Shown in pieces: positions 33,899 to 45,908 of a DNA stretch of 64,000 nucleotides. The position numbers were made by a program, and so were the translations under genes. Where the stretch lies: the NCBI RefSeq assembly GCF_902459465.1, contig NC_047076.1:4092001-4156000 (forward strand), read 5' to 3'. Numbering within the stretch: position 1 is the first letter of the stretch; each line of letters starts with the position of its first letter. The notes under the pieces are model-generated. The model made no database searches. It had not been told where the DNA came from and saw only the letters and a list, made by a program, of their open reading frames with translations. Origin of the DNA: Asterias rubens (lineage: Eukaryota).

Positions 33899-36800
33899 AT
33901 GGCTAAAACAAAGGTTCACCATCGCAGACAAGTGCCTTCAAATGCAGTTTACACGGATGACCATAACGATCGTCACAATGACAACAATCCCATGAATACA
34001 TGTGATCGGTCTGATATCTCTTGTAAGACTATTATCAAGCGAATTGTGTTGGTTATAATACTTGCTGCATTTGTAACAACACTGAGCATGGTTACTGTTG
34101 TCTCAGTACGTCATGGACCACAAACCATTTTAAAAGGTGTGCACTCGTTCTTCTACACTGACGAGACGACTGCAACAAAACATTCTAGAGCAACAAAAAC
34201 AGTTCATAATGTTCCATTGGAAACACATGTACCACAGCGTAAGGTAAGTCATGGAAAAACACCAAACTCTGAGGCAAAGCAACAGAAGCCGAGTAAAAAG
34301 GTTTTTACAAATGGACTCGCTGGAAAGAAAAACCCGGAAGTAACATCCAAACTGCCCGCGCAGCATCAAACAGACGCATTCCGTGAGACCATCATGAGGA
34401 AGCTAAAGATCCGTGACGTCACAGTAGATGGACGATCTGTGATTGGTCAGGAGTTAATCGGAAACAAAAGGCGGCCAGAAGCTGCTAACATTCGGTAAGT
34501 GTCATGCGAGAAAGAGATGAAAGTATCATGATTTTTTGGGGAGGGGAAACAAGGGGTGCGTGCACGCGTGCTCCATTTTGTCTATGGGGACAGTTCCAGC
34601 CAATTAAACTGGTGTTATTTGCATTTGCATTGCTCTCAAACGGGATCTTATAAATACACACTATCACCGGTACTCTGGTATTCTCTTGTTCAACGTTTTC
34701 TTCTTCAGTGTCTACCAGTTCGAGCACTTCTTGTCCGATTACGAATGTGATGGTTTAGTTGGCGCCCATCGGAATCACGTGACACAACATTCTGATGAAC
34801 CAATCATGTGCTTTGATTCCATTGATACACTCCAAAGACATCTCAAGAAATCGCATCTTAACATCAAAGTTACAAGCCAAGATTTCACTGAAGGTAATAT
34901 CGCAGATGAGACTACTAACCTATAAGCATGGAATCTGCTATTGATATAATCTCCGAAAATATTATTTGTATTTTAATGGCACTGGACACCTTTGGTCATT
35001 GTAAATACCAGTATTCTTACTTGGTGTATCCCAACTTATGCATATAAATAACAAATCTGTGAAAGTTGCAAGGAATAGTGAAGAAAAAACACCCCCTTTG
35101 CACATTTTTTATAGTAATTTTGTGTGCTTCCAGAAGCATAATAAAAGGCTTCAGGCCTGAAGTTTTTTTTATTATTAGATGAGAAATTACCTCTTTCTCA
35201 AAAACTACCCTACTTCAGAGAAAGATCTGTCTATAGGCTCCCTTTTCTTGAACACATTAAATGAATGTAGGCCTATAATACACTTTCCCCTTTCTATGCA
35301 AACATCACATTGTGGATTTGTAATGTTTCTGGCTCATATCCAAGAGTTTCTGAATCTACTGTTTTTGTTTTGGCTGTTTAGGTACTTCTTGTGTAAACGC
35401 CAGTTTTTCTCAGGCTCTTCAGCCCATGCTGGGATGGTCATACAGCACTGCGTTCTACCCAGGGGAAACACGCTTCACCACGGTGTTTGATGATCGAGTG
35501 TATCGTGCAACGGGACTCAAACCATCGCATGGGGGCAAATATCAAATCACCTCGTACGAAAATGGAATAGGTAAGTAGCATATCACTTTGTACAAAAAAG
35601 CAATTGGTAATAGCTGATCACCTTTTCTCTCTTCTATAATATGATACTTTTTTTCGCAAGTTTAATGTATTTTGTGTATTCTCGTGGCATTATGTGAACA
35701 TCATTTGATTTTTTTGTCTTGAAAAGGCTTCATCTGTCAACATTTGTTAAAGGCAGTGGACACTATTGGTAATTGTCAAAGACTAGCCTTCACAGTTAGT
35801 GTATCTCAACATATGCATAAAATAACAAACCTGTGAAAATTTGAGCTCAATCGGTCGTCGAAGTTGCGAGATAATAATGAAAGAAATAAAAACCTTGTGT
35901 CACGAAGTTGTGTGCGTTTAGATGGTTGATTTCGAGACCTCAAGTTCTAAATCTGAGGTCTCGAAATCAAATTCGTGGAAAATTACTTCTTCCTCGAAAA
36001 CTATGGCACTTCAGAGGGAGCCGTTTCTTACAATGTGTTATACCATCAACCTCTCTCAATTACTCGTCACCAAGAAAGGTTTTATGCCAATAATTATTTT
36101 GAGTAATTACCAATAGTGTCCACTGCCTTTAAAAGAAAACATTCTTGAACCCCCAAAAATAAACGAAACTAGTTTATTTCATTGCTTGTACACTTTTTTA
36201 GGTTACAAGAGTCACACCGACTGTACAATAGGAAACCTGGATCTGAGAGATAGGATGGGGACCATATTAGTTTATCTTCAAGATGTAGAAGAAGGAGGTC
36301 AGACAGAATTCCCAGGTATGTATAAGATGGGTGGTGGGGTGTCGTGGCCGAGCGGCTAATAGCACCGAACTTAACCCTATATGGTGTTTCTGTTCAGCAG
36401 AGTGTGGGTGCGAGTCCAGGTCGTAACACGTGTGTCCATGAGCAAGGCACAATATAATTCTCTTCACCCAGTGGTAAATGGGTACCCGTGAGGGCAGAGA
36501 TGGCTCTGTGATTGGCACAGGCTGACTATGGTTTAAGGAGTGAATTAAATGGCCCAGTGACCAGGGATAATATTGAAATGTTTGAAGCGCTTTGAGACGA
36601 CCTTTGTGTGTGAAATGCGCTATATTATAAAAACTGGTTGTCCCTAAAGTACAGCAAAATACCAAAGAATAATAATTTAGGTCATAGTGCATAATTATGA
36701 TAAACGTCTTGTAATGGGTCAAAAGCGTTTTCATTTTGTAGAAGTAACTATCAGAATATTGTGTTGATTTGATCTTTATAGAGCTTGGTATAAGTGTGAC

Positions 36801-37505
36801 TCCACGTAAGGGTCGTGCGATTGTGTGGAACAACCAGAATGGTGACGGTGAGTGTGACCCGTACTCCCTTCATGTGGCGCAACCAGTGATCAAAGGACAT
36901 AAATTCATCCTACAAAGATGGTAAGTTTGAATTAACACATTTATAATGTGATGTTTGAAGCTTGCATTGTGTGGAGGTTAAAGGCAGTGGACACTATTTA
37001 TTTATTTATTCTTTACCCTGGGGAAACCTCTCAGTGAAACACTGTTTTTCAGAGGTGCCCAGCAACTACATACACATTTAAATTAAAAAAAACTGTTTTA
37101 ATATAAAAATATGTATATAAAAATATTTATTGGTAATTGCTCCAAATAATTATTAGCAAAAACTTTACTAATTATTAGCATAAAACTTTAATATTTGTTC
37201 GTTTTCGTCATTGCGTTTATTATAAACCGATGCAAAGAGAGCGCCACTTGTTGTTTTAAAAGCTTCTTCAAGCTTCGGTACATGTGCATTACAAGCTGTA
37301 TACCGGTACAACATACACTGGTTGATTGTTTTCCTTCAGAGTGTCGTGCATTGTAATTCTTATTCTGCGCTTTACTTGCAGGTACTACCATAAGAACTTC
37401 TACATGTTGGGCAGGAGACCGATGGAGCCAGACTTACCCGTTCGCAAGGCGCTTCAACCACGTGTATCGTGTGATGAATATGATCATGGGAGCTGCCGTT
37501 GGTAA
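33899..37505 (+). CDS. Type II membrane prolyl 4-hydroxylase-like 2OG-Fe(II) dioxygenase, ~448 aa to first stop, 6 exons
   Basis: join(33899-34494, 34709-34893, 35382-35570, 36202-36315, 36782-36920, 37382-37505). N-terminal TM helix (RIVLVIILAAFVTTLSMVTVVSV), FEHFLSDYECD, HxD motif (SHTD), YLQDVEEGGQTEFP, distal His (SLHVAQPV) and 2OG-binding Lys (KGHKFILQRW). Confidence 0.85.
35747..36132. mobile_element. TTAA-flanked MITE family A (TIR AGGCAGTGGACACTATTGGTAA), Kolobok-like
   Basis: TTAA TSD with AG..CT termini; at least 10 copies in the window. Superfamily is inferred from the termini only. Confidence 0.82.
36337..36635 (+). mobile_element. SINE copy (same family as 5825-6149)
   Basis: Head, core and GCGCTATATTATAAA tail. 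Confidence 0.78.
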
Positions 37506-38628
37506 GACGAATGGAATTATGATCACATCAACCAATATAAACAAATCAAGAGTACGTTACAATAGTATATGTGGACTTTTGGGGTTTGACGTATCATGAT
37601 TAGACTTCGGTCTGGTCTCAGGTGTCAGTAGATGACGTCATAACCACCATCTTCGATATAAAACAATGGAAAAGTGCACGCGTGTACGAACCTGCAACAT
37701 TTAAGACAACAATAATGCATGATAAGTCAAATAAACTTCCTTGTGTGGAGAAAGATTTGTTTACTGAATGTAAGGTTTTTGTTTTGGAACCAAAGGGAGT
37801 GAAGTTTGGAAGCTTACGTGAGTGCCCTTGCACAATGGAACAATGGCCCCGTCAAGGGAAGTTGTTGTTCAACCTGGGGCTGATTTCACTTACGTTTATG
37901 TTTGCGATCATCGCTAACACACTTGCGATGGGATCGCAAACCTCAAATCCATCGCAATTGCGATGTCGCTAATTTTGCGTTTCCACTATAAAGCCATCGC
38001 AATTGCGATGACGTAAAAAGGAAAATAAAGTTTTTGTACGAGGCTAAAAGTAGGGACCTTTGACATAACCCGCAATAAAATCGTCGGTCGTCGCTCGAAA
38101 TGAAATGGCATTTAAGTGCAGTTTATGTAAATCGTTGCATATTGTGCATAAGAACCAACAACTATTGTGGACGATGTTTAAATTCTAGGCATTCATTAAC
38201 AAAGAGTTTAGGCTACATTAAATAAAATATAACGTGTTTCGTTTGTAGGCCTATGGCCTCTATTAGAATTCTAGATTTTAATAAACAATTTTCGTAAATC
38301 TGATGTAACATTGGGATTGATGAAAATTCTGTAAATATCTGTCTCATGGGGGGGGGGGGGGTCATAATACTAAGCTTCACTGCCTTCCTCCATTGTACGA
38401 ACGTACAAAGGGAAACGACATAACTCATTTTTGAATGCCTGATTGTCGAAAGTGTTGCCACCGAAAAGTGTTAGGCTATATGCCCCTACATGCAGTGATA
38501 TTAAATCGTAAAAGACAATTATTGGCTACAATGTCAATTTGCCTAGGGCTAGGCCGACACGTTACACATTTTAGTCAAAATGATGGTTAAAATAATCGAA
38601 CCCAGATAATATCTCATTTTTACCGATT

Positions 38629-39016
38629 TTAAAGGCAGTGGATACTATTGGTAATTACTCAAAATAATTATCATCATAAAACCTTTCTTGATTACGACTA
38701 ATAGGGAGAGGTTGATAGTATAAAACATTGTGAGAAATGGCTCCCTCTGAAGTGACGTAGTTTTCGAGAAAGAGGTAATTTTCCACGAATTTGATTTCCA
38801 GACCTCAAGTTTAGAATTTGAGGTCTCGAAATCAAGCATCAGAAAGCACACACCTTCGTGTGACAAGGGTGTTTTTTTCTTTCAGTATTATCTCGCAAGT
38901 TCGATGACCGATTGAGCTCAAATTTTCACAGGTTTGTTATTTTATGCATATGTTCAAGATACACCAACTGTGAAGACTAGTCTTTGACAATTACCAATAG
39001 TGTCCACTGTCTTTAA
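38629..39016. mobile_element. MITE family A copy, opposite orientation
   Basis: TIRs and TTAA flanks. Confidence 0.8.
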
Positions 39017-39809
39017 GCTCTCTGTGCTGCAGTTGCGTCGCTGATAGTCATCGGCAATCTGAGTCTACCAGGTAAAAGACCGCAAGAATAAATGTAGCGC
39101 CACTACTCTAAATCACGGACAAATTATACACTGGACTAGGTACTGGACTAGGTACGATCCGGTCTCACTTTTAACATTTCCAGGAAGAATATTAAATAAT
39201 CTATCCATGTATTTTTAGGATTGTTGCTGACATTCATAACGGGACAATCTGTCGTGTTTTTGTGACTTGTTTTCTTTCTTTTGGAAGCCATTTTTTACGT
39301 ACAACTTACTTTCTCTTTTTAAAATTTGAGTTGCACCGATTTTTTAAATACATTACGACAGATATGCTCTTTGTTTCAATTAACTGGTACATTATTTTGG
39401 TTGAGACCTTTCAGAAAAGGCCGAAAAGACTGAATTTCAGAAGCCCTTTTGACTAATAAGTATTCAAACCGAGGTCGCGCATGAAAAATCACGCCTACTC
39501 GCGCAGATAAATCACAAAGAAGACTTATTAAATCGAGTGTACTGTGGGTAGACTGCCACTGCATGCACCATCTGGTGTTCGTACTTGTGTATAGGTCGTT
39601 TTGCATGATCGAACCATTGAGACAGGATCGACGTTCAGGGCAGTGCGATCGAAGTACAGTGCAATTTATGATTACTTTATGATTGTATGACTACTGCACA
39701 AACAGTTCGTTGGTTGTTTTCATGTTTTACAAGGTGCGTACATTGCTCTGTGGTATAATATACTTGTGTATAATATGCATGTGCTATTACGCGCCTTAAA
39801 AACTTTAAA

Positions 39810-42800
39810 ATGGCAGGCTGTGCGTGGTTGATTAGTTATTTCAATGAGATGGTAAAAGAAGGTGGATATCTCGGGTGTATTGGTGTATTGGCGATGTTTT
39901 CAACTTGGATGACTTGGGTCGCCTTATCAAAGAGCCTGGCTGTGATGCTGCCGACGCTACAGGATCAGTTTGGCGCTTCAACGTGGCTGGTTGGTTGGAT
40001 TGTAGCTATGGTAGACGGCTCTGTTGATCTTGCAGGTAAAAGCCTTACCCCGTAGTATATAAAGCTGAGCTCAATTTCACGGCTCTGCTTACCGCCGAAT
40101 TATGCGCTTACGTGTGCTTACCATACGTGCAAGCGCCGAATTCCTGCTCTAGCTGTGTAAGCGTATAATGCCCATTGTGGAGTACGCACTCTCATAGTCT
40201 GGTCCCCTGACCAAAGATTCCTTGACGTCTCTTGTTAAAAATCTTCGGTCAGGTATCACCCACGGTTAAAAATAGAGCATGACGCAACTTGTCAGGGTCG
40301 GGGGTCATCTCCAGGGAAACCATGTCTGCACGAGTTGCGATAACGTAACCCTCCTCCCGACGGCCGCAAGGCCGGAGGGTTACGAGATTATTGTGATCGG
40401 CAATTAATGACAATCTGGTTCAACACGTATAATTTCGACAGCTAGTCACCAGATTTGCCCCATTTTTACCACTTTCAAAAATCATGAAACTTAATCCTCA
40501 ATCACCTTTGAAAAAATATTTTTGAAGAAAAAGGACAAAAACTTACCAGATCCCGGAGCGATTTCCCAGGTTTATATATTTTGAACTTGTCGCATCACTT
40601 TGCAAACGCTTTATTTAGGCACAACGCCTGCATTCGCAATAACTGGCATAAAAACTCCTGGATCTACGGCCGACTGACATTACGATTCCATCCGTACATC
40701 AACGATACTGTCCGAATGTTGACGACAACACGTTCGGAACATTTCGGATAACTTCGAAAAAGGAGGAATTCCTCCTTTTTGGTCACGTGATTTTTTTGGG
40801 TGATACCGGACCCTAAATTCGACAGAGCCTAGTCGGAGATGTTTGGATCTGGGAACCAGACTAACACTCTCACAACCCAAAATTCCCCGCTTACCCGTGA
40901 ACTACGCTTGACGTTTACAAAATCATGGGCCTTTGCGGAAGCAGTGGATGTGCTTAGGCCCTACGTCACGCGTATTTCGCTCCCCTGTTATCGCACCCAA
41001 GTTCCTGTCCTTACCCAATCTACCCCATTGTTGTGTTTACATTATTATGTTCTTTGGTGTTCCAAACCTTGCGGTCAGTCATCTTCACTCGGGACCAGTG
41101 CTTTATAGTTCCTATTAATTTGTTGTTTTGTACAAAAGGTTAACTTTATTATTATGTTTTCCTGTAGCTAAACTTTTGTTTGCAAATATATATTATTGAT
41201 CCGAGAGTGTGTACCGAAACCCTCTGCAGGTCCGATTGCACCAATACTAAGGGATAAGTTTGGAATTAGGATGGTGTTCATGGCCAGCGGCGTTGTAATT
41301 GGCACATCCTTTATAAGTGCAGCTTTTTCAACCAGTTTGTCGACAATGGCCTGCATTCTTGCAGTTGTTGCTGGTGAGTTGTGTACAGGGGAAAACAGTT
41401 AAAAGATTTGGGTACTTGTTGTAACACAAAACACAATGTCCACAGATTTACATTAAACTTACACCGTTTAAAGATATCATGAAAATACGTTTTTATATAC
41501 ATCTAAAATAATTTTCGTCTCATGATCACCGAGACGAAAATTATTTTCATGATAAAATCTCTGCAGAACAGAATCTCATGCCACGCCGGATTGTACAATA
41601 GAAATATCCCCTAAGTGTTCATAGCATGCAAGAAGGCTAACCCGAAAATCTTACACTGTAATGTATTTTAGGCTGGGTGGTTAATGAAAGTTGTTATCAA
41701 CTACCTATTAATTCTGCAAAATGGATTTAATTAAATTCAGTTCAATTCAAAACATGACGTTCATTCCATCATACTCTTCGAGGAAAATAGAAAATATTTC
41801 AATATGAAAATTTATCCGTACATAGAAAAGTATCAAAACTTGAAATAATATTATTCAACGTTAACGAAGCTCTATTTTCCCCCATCAGGACCCACACTTG
41901 GACTGGCCAATATATTATCCCGAGATCTGATTGGTCGTTGCTTTGAAAAATACCACACAACGGCGTTAGGCATAGCTGGATGTGGTGCCTCTATGGGGTA
42001 TATTGTCTTCGCTCCTCTGACGCAGTTCCTTTTGGACCTCTATGGTTGGAAAGCAACGATGATGCTTCTTGGTGCAATCATCTGCAATCTGACCGTGTGC
42101 GGCGCACTCCTCAAACCACGAGATAAGACTACATCCGGTCATGGAGACTATCAAGCGGTCGACAAAGATGGTGACCAGCGGGCCGAAAAAGATGGCGACC
42201 AGTGTGCCGACGAAGATGGCGACCCGCGGGCCGACAAAGATGGTGACCAGAAGGTCGACAAACATGGCGACCAGCAGGTCGACAAATATGGCGACCAGCA
42301 GGTCAACAAAGGTGGCGGCAGGCGGGCCGTCGACGATCAAGAAGACAGAGAATGTCCACAGAGTCGCGCGTCAAATCACAAAACAATTCGTAAATTGATC
42401 ACCTCGAACCTTCATCTGTATTTATTCACTTCAGTCCGTTACTGGCTTGTCATGTTCGTCACGGTCATGACGTGGCTCACGTTCGCTGCGTGGGTAATCT
42501 ACTTCGTACCCTACGTCACTATCTCCAAGGGATACTCGCTCCACGAAGCTGCCAACTTTGTTTTAATCTTCGGTGTTGGGAAGATAGTGGGAAGTTTACT
42601 AGTGGGACAAACCGTCCCCGCTTGTAGAAAAATCGGTATCGGTGCTAATGTGTGGATGTTGGTGTCAACTTTTGTTTTAGCCACGTACTTTTTCGTTGAT
42701 CCGTGGTTGACTGCTAGCTGGGCTATTTCTGTCAATGCGTCCGTTTTAGGATGTTTTCATTCTTTTACGTTTGTACTGTATGACGTCATCACTAAGGAGG

Positions 42801-44159
42801 CAATCGGTGTGGATCAGTTGGGAAGTGCCCTGGGGTGGATTGGACTCAAAGCTGGTATCGCGAGATTTGCATTCCTGTTCTTTCCAGGTAGGCCTTTTTG
42901 AATACTTTACTTTTAAAAAAAATCATAAACTGACACAGAAACTGTTTTTTCAACTTGAGTTTAATTAAAGACATTGGACACTATTGGTAATTGTCAAAAA
43001 CCAGTCTTCTCACTTGCTGTATCTCAACATATGCATAAAATAACAAACCTGCGAAAATTTAAGCCCAATTGGTCGTCGAAGTTACGAAATAATGAAAGAA
43101 AAAAACACCCTTGTCACACGAAGCTGTGTGTTTTTTGGTTGATTTTGAGACCTCAAATTCTAAATCTGAGGTCTTTAAGGCAGTGGACACTATTGGTAAT
43201 TACTCAAAATAATTATTAGCATAAAACCTTTCTTGGAGTACCCTCTGAAGTGCCATAGTTTCCGAGAAAGATGTAATTTTCCACGAATTTGATTTCGAGA
43301 CCTCAGATTTAGAACCTGAGGTCTCGCAATCAACCATCTAAACGCACACACCTTCGTGTGACAAGGGTGTTTTTTTCTTTCATTATTATCTCGCAAGTTC
43401 GATGACCGATTGAGCTCAGATTTTCACAGGTTTGTTATTTTATGCATATGTTCAAGATACACCAACTGTGAAGACTAGTCTTTGACAATAACCAATAGTG
43501 TCTACTGCCTTCAAATCAAATTCGTGGAAAATTACTTCTTTCTCGAAAACTACGTCACTTCAGAGGGAGCCGTTTCTCACAATGTTTTATACTATCAACC
43601 TCTCCCCATTACTCGTCACCAAGTAAAGTTTTATGCTTATAATTATTTTGAGTAATTATCAATAGTGTCCACTGCCTTTAATTGAAGCCTAGAAACTTGC
43701 GGTATACTCCGAAGCAGTATAAACAAAGGCAAACCAAGTTCGAAGAACAAATCTACACAGCAAAGTATATAATATTTAACATACTCAGTGTTATTAAACT
43801 GAATACATTGATACCTCACCATGCAATGCCTCGAAATACATTACCTTTCCAGCATTGTTTTGTTTTCTTTCTAGTAGACCTTTTTTGACACGAGAAGAGG
43901 GCTCTTGAGATAGACCTTCCGATGTATAAAAGTTTATAACATGAGCATTATTCTGCGGATGACTTGACCCGCCTTACTTTGTGCGTGTCTCTTTGACAGC
44001 TCTGTGTACAAAAATCCCATTCTTATATCAAGTCGTGTTTCCCGTTCTACAGGTTTGGTGTTCGACACACTCGGTAGCTACACTGTAGCATTCGTCATCA
44101 TGGGAGGAATGAATGTGCTGGGCGGCGTTGCCATGCTGGCTCTGATATCGCTACAATGA
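39810..44159 (+). CDS. Monocarboxylate transporter (SLC16/MCT family, MFS), ~491 aa, 4 exons
   Basis: join(39810-40035, 41230-41373, 41889-42887, 44053-44159). Has the MCT TM1 motif variant EGGYLG, LPTLQDQFGAS..GWI, FEKYHTTALGIAGCGAS, LLDLYGWKATMMLLGAI..NL.VCGALLKP and GLVFDTLGSYTVAF. Confidence 0.9.
40193..40863. mobile_element. TIR element (TAGTCTGG..CCAGACTA) in SLC16 intron 1
   Basis: Imperfect terminal inverted repeats and an internal hairpin. Confidence 0.5.
42158..42325 (+). repeat. Coding 24-bp (8-aa) tandem repeat x7 in the SLC16 central loop
   Basis: VDKDGDQR AEKDGDQC ADEDGDPR ADKDGDQK VDKHGDQQ VDKYGDQQ VNKGGGRR. Confidence 0.9.
42964..43682. mobile_element. Nested MITE family A copies
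   Basis: A copy at ~43176-43510 interrupts another copy, which resumes at AAATCAAATTCGTGG. Confidence 0.75.
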
Positions 44160-44800
44160 CACCGCCAAGACACTGCAATTTAATTTGTTGTTTTCGAAAG
44201 ACTTGTCACTGGTAAAAGGTTAAGTTCGGACGGTGTGTTCTTGGCCAAATCACTGTTCCCACGCCTGAACTTTGAGAATAATACACCCGGAACAAGATCA
44301 CACTCCACCTCTTCATTCGAGAACAACACTTTACAAAATGGCGGCAGCATCTCAAGAGAATAAGTTTAAAATTAGATGCAACATGACTCTAAAATAGTTT
44401 TTTTCTAGACTATCCATGATGGATGTGTCACCTTTTACGCCTTGTTTAACAACCCTAAAATGAGGCATGAGTTTGGGTTCGAACAAAGACCAATAGACCG
44501 ATCCACTAAGCTCCGCCCCATTGAGTATTGACCAATCACAACGCAACGAGGGTCCGACAAATAAGGTCCGACATGCGTGCGCGTATATCTTGGCGTGTGC
44601 GGCAGAGTTGTGCAGAAAGGCATTGGAGAGCCCCACGTGTTTTTGCTAACACGTGCGTCGTGGGCGGAGCCTACTGGATCGATCTGTTGACTGGAGCGGA
44701 ACTTGAACCACGACCTCTGGATAACCGTACCGCGGCGCTCCACCAACTGACCAAAAAAACTGCCACAAACCGGGGTCGACCCAGGGAAGCTAAACGAACG

Positions 44801-45593
44801 GGGTTGTTCTAAAACCCCCTCGACCCCCTCGACCCACGACCCACGACCCTCCGACGTCCGCCCCGTGTTCGAAGTTCGAAGAATGTCCCAATTCCGAATT
44901 CATAAAATGTCGCTTTACGGCCGAGTAAGAATTAAGTCCCCGATTTAGAATTCACAGTGTGTGATCCGTGACGCAACTTCCTTCCACGACTAGGCTTGAC
45001 TTCAAGTCTGAGACTGCGGTTATATTTATCTGCATCAGCCACACAGAATTGGGAGTATTTACTCTCCGCTTCCGCACGAGACAAGTGCACACCGATTGGG
45101 GACCCCAAACACGTCCGTGTGGCCATTCGGTCGGTCGGGTCTACAACCTTGAGCTCCGCTTAGAGCAACTAGTAGTACCAGGACGGGAGCGATCGGCCGG
45201 AAATGGGTCCGTCTGATCATCACGTAATGAGTTGGCCGTAATCGTACTCGGGCGGTAAATGCAGGTTCCCAGTTGGGTTAATAATCTCGGATCGGCCAAG
45301 AGATACACGTGGAAATGCCGCGGTTTTTTTATCTGTACATCGTAATTGCCACAGGCCCGATCTCGGCAGCCAATCACGCGAAGTTTGCTTCGTGCAGCAT
45401 ACTACGTGTCTCGTACGCTGTGTTGTTGTGATCTGCGAGGCATGGTAGTCGATGTCAGCAAACAACATTGTGTGTGTGATTGGCTGAGGTTGTGAACTGT
45501 GGCAATTTCGGTGTACAGAAAAAAAGATCGCACAAAAGTCGATGGTCGAGGGGGTCGTGGGTCGTGGGGGTCGAGGGGGTTTTAGAACAACCC
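44801..45593. mobile_element. Non-autonomous MULE-like TIR element, 793 bp
   Basis: TIR GGGTTGTTCTAAAACCCCCTCGACCCC at both ends; perfect 9-bp TSD AAACGAACG (44792-44800, 45594-45602); no transposase. Confidence 0.85.
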
Positions 45594-45908
45594 AAACGAA
45601 CGCTATCCTTGCGGATGGGCTGCAGTAGGATTTTTCAAAAGAGGGCGCTGTCAGAATTAGAAGTGTGTACACAGTTGTTCGTCGTATGATGAGGGGACAG
45701 AATCTCCGGTGGAAAATCTCATGTCACAACGGTATATCCCACACTAATGGAATTTTGGGGTGTGTTTAGGGGGCTCCCCCTCCCAACGCACCACTGGGTG
45801 CGCTTAAGAATTCACATTTTAAGGTTTCCCAGGGGGTACTACACATCCCACACCTCAAACCTTTTGCACTCAAAATTTCCAATAAACCCTGCTGGGCTCC
45901 CGGACTAT

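Noticed and set aside
35908-36116. Recurrent similar short ORFs (also at 38645, 43190, 53691, 59812, 62629)
   Set aside because: Chance frames of non-autonomous MITE family A; no transposase motifs.
36267-36833. 188-aa minus-strand ORF
   Set aside because: Lies over a SINE and intron, antisense to the P4H-like gene; no recognisable domain.
41966-42398. Antisense and alternate-frame ORFs with periodic motifs
   Set aside because: Shadows of the 24-bp coding repeat in SLC16 exon 3.
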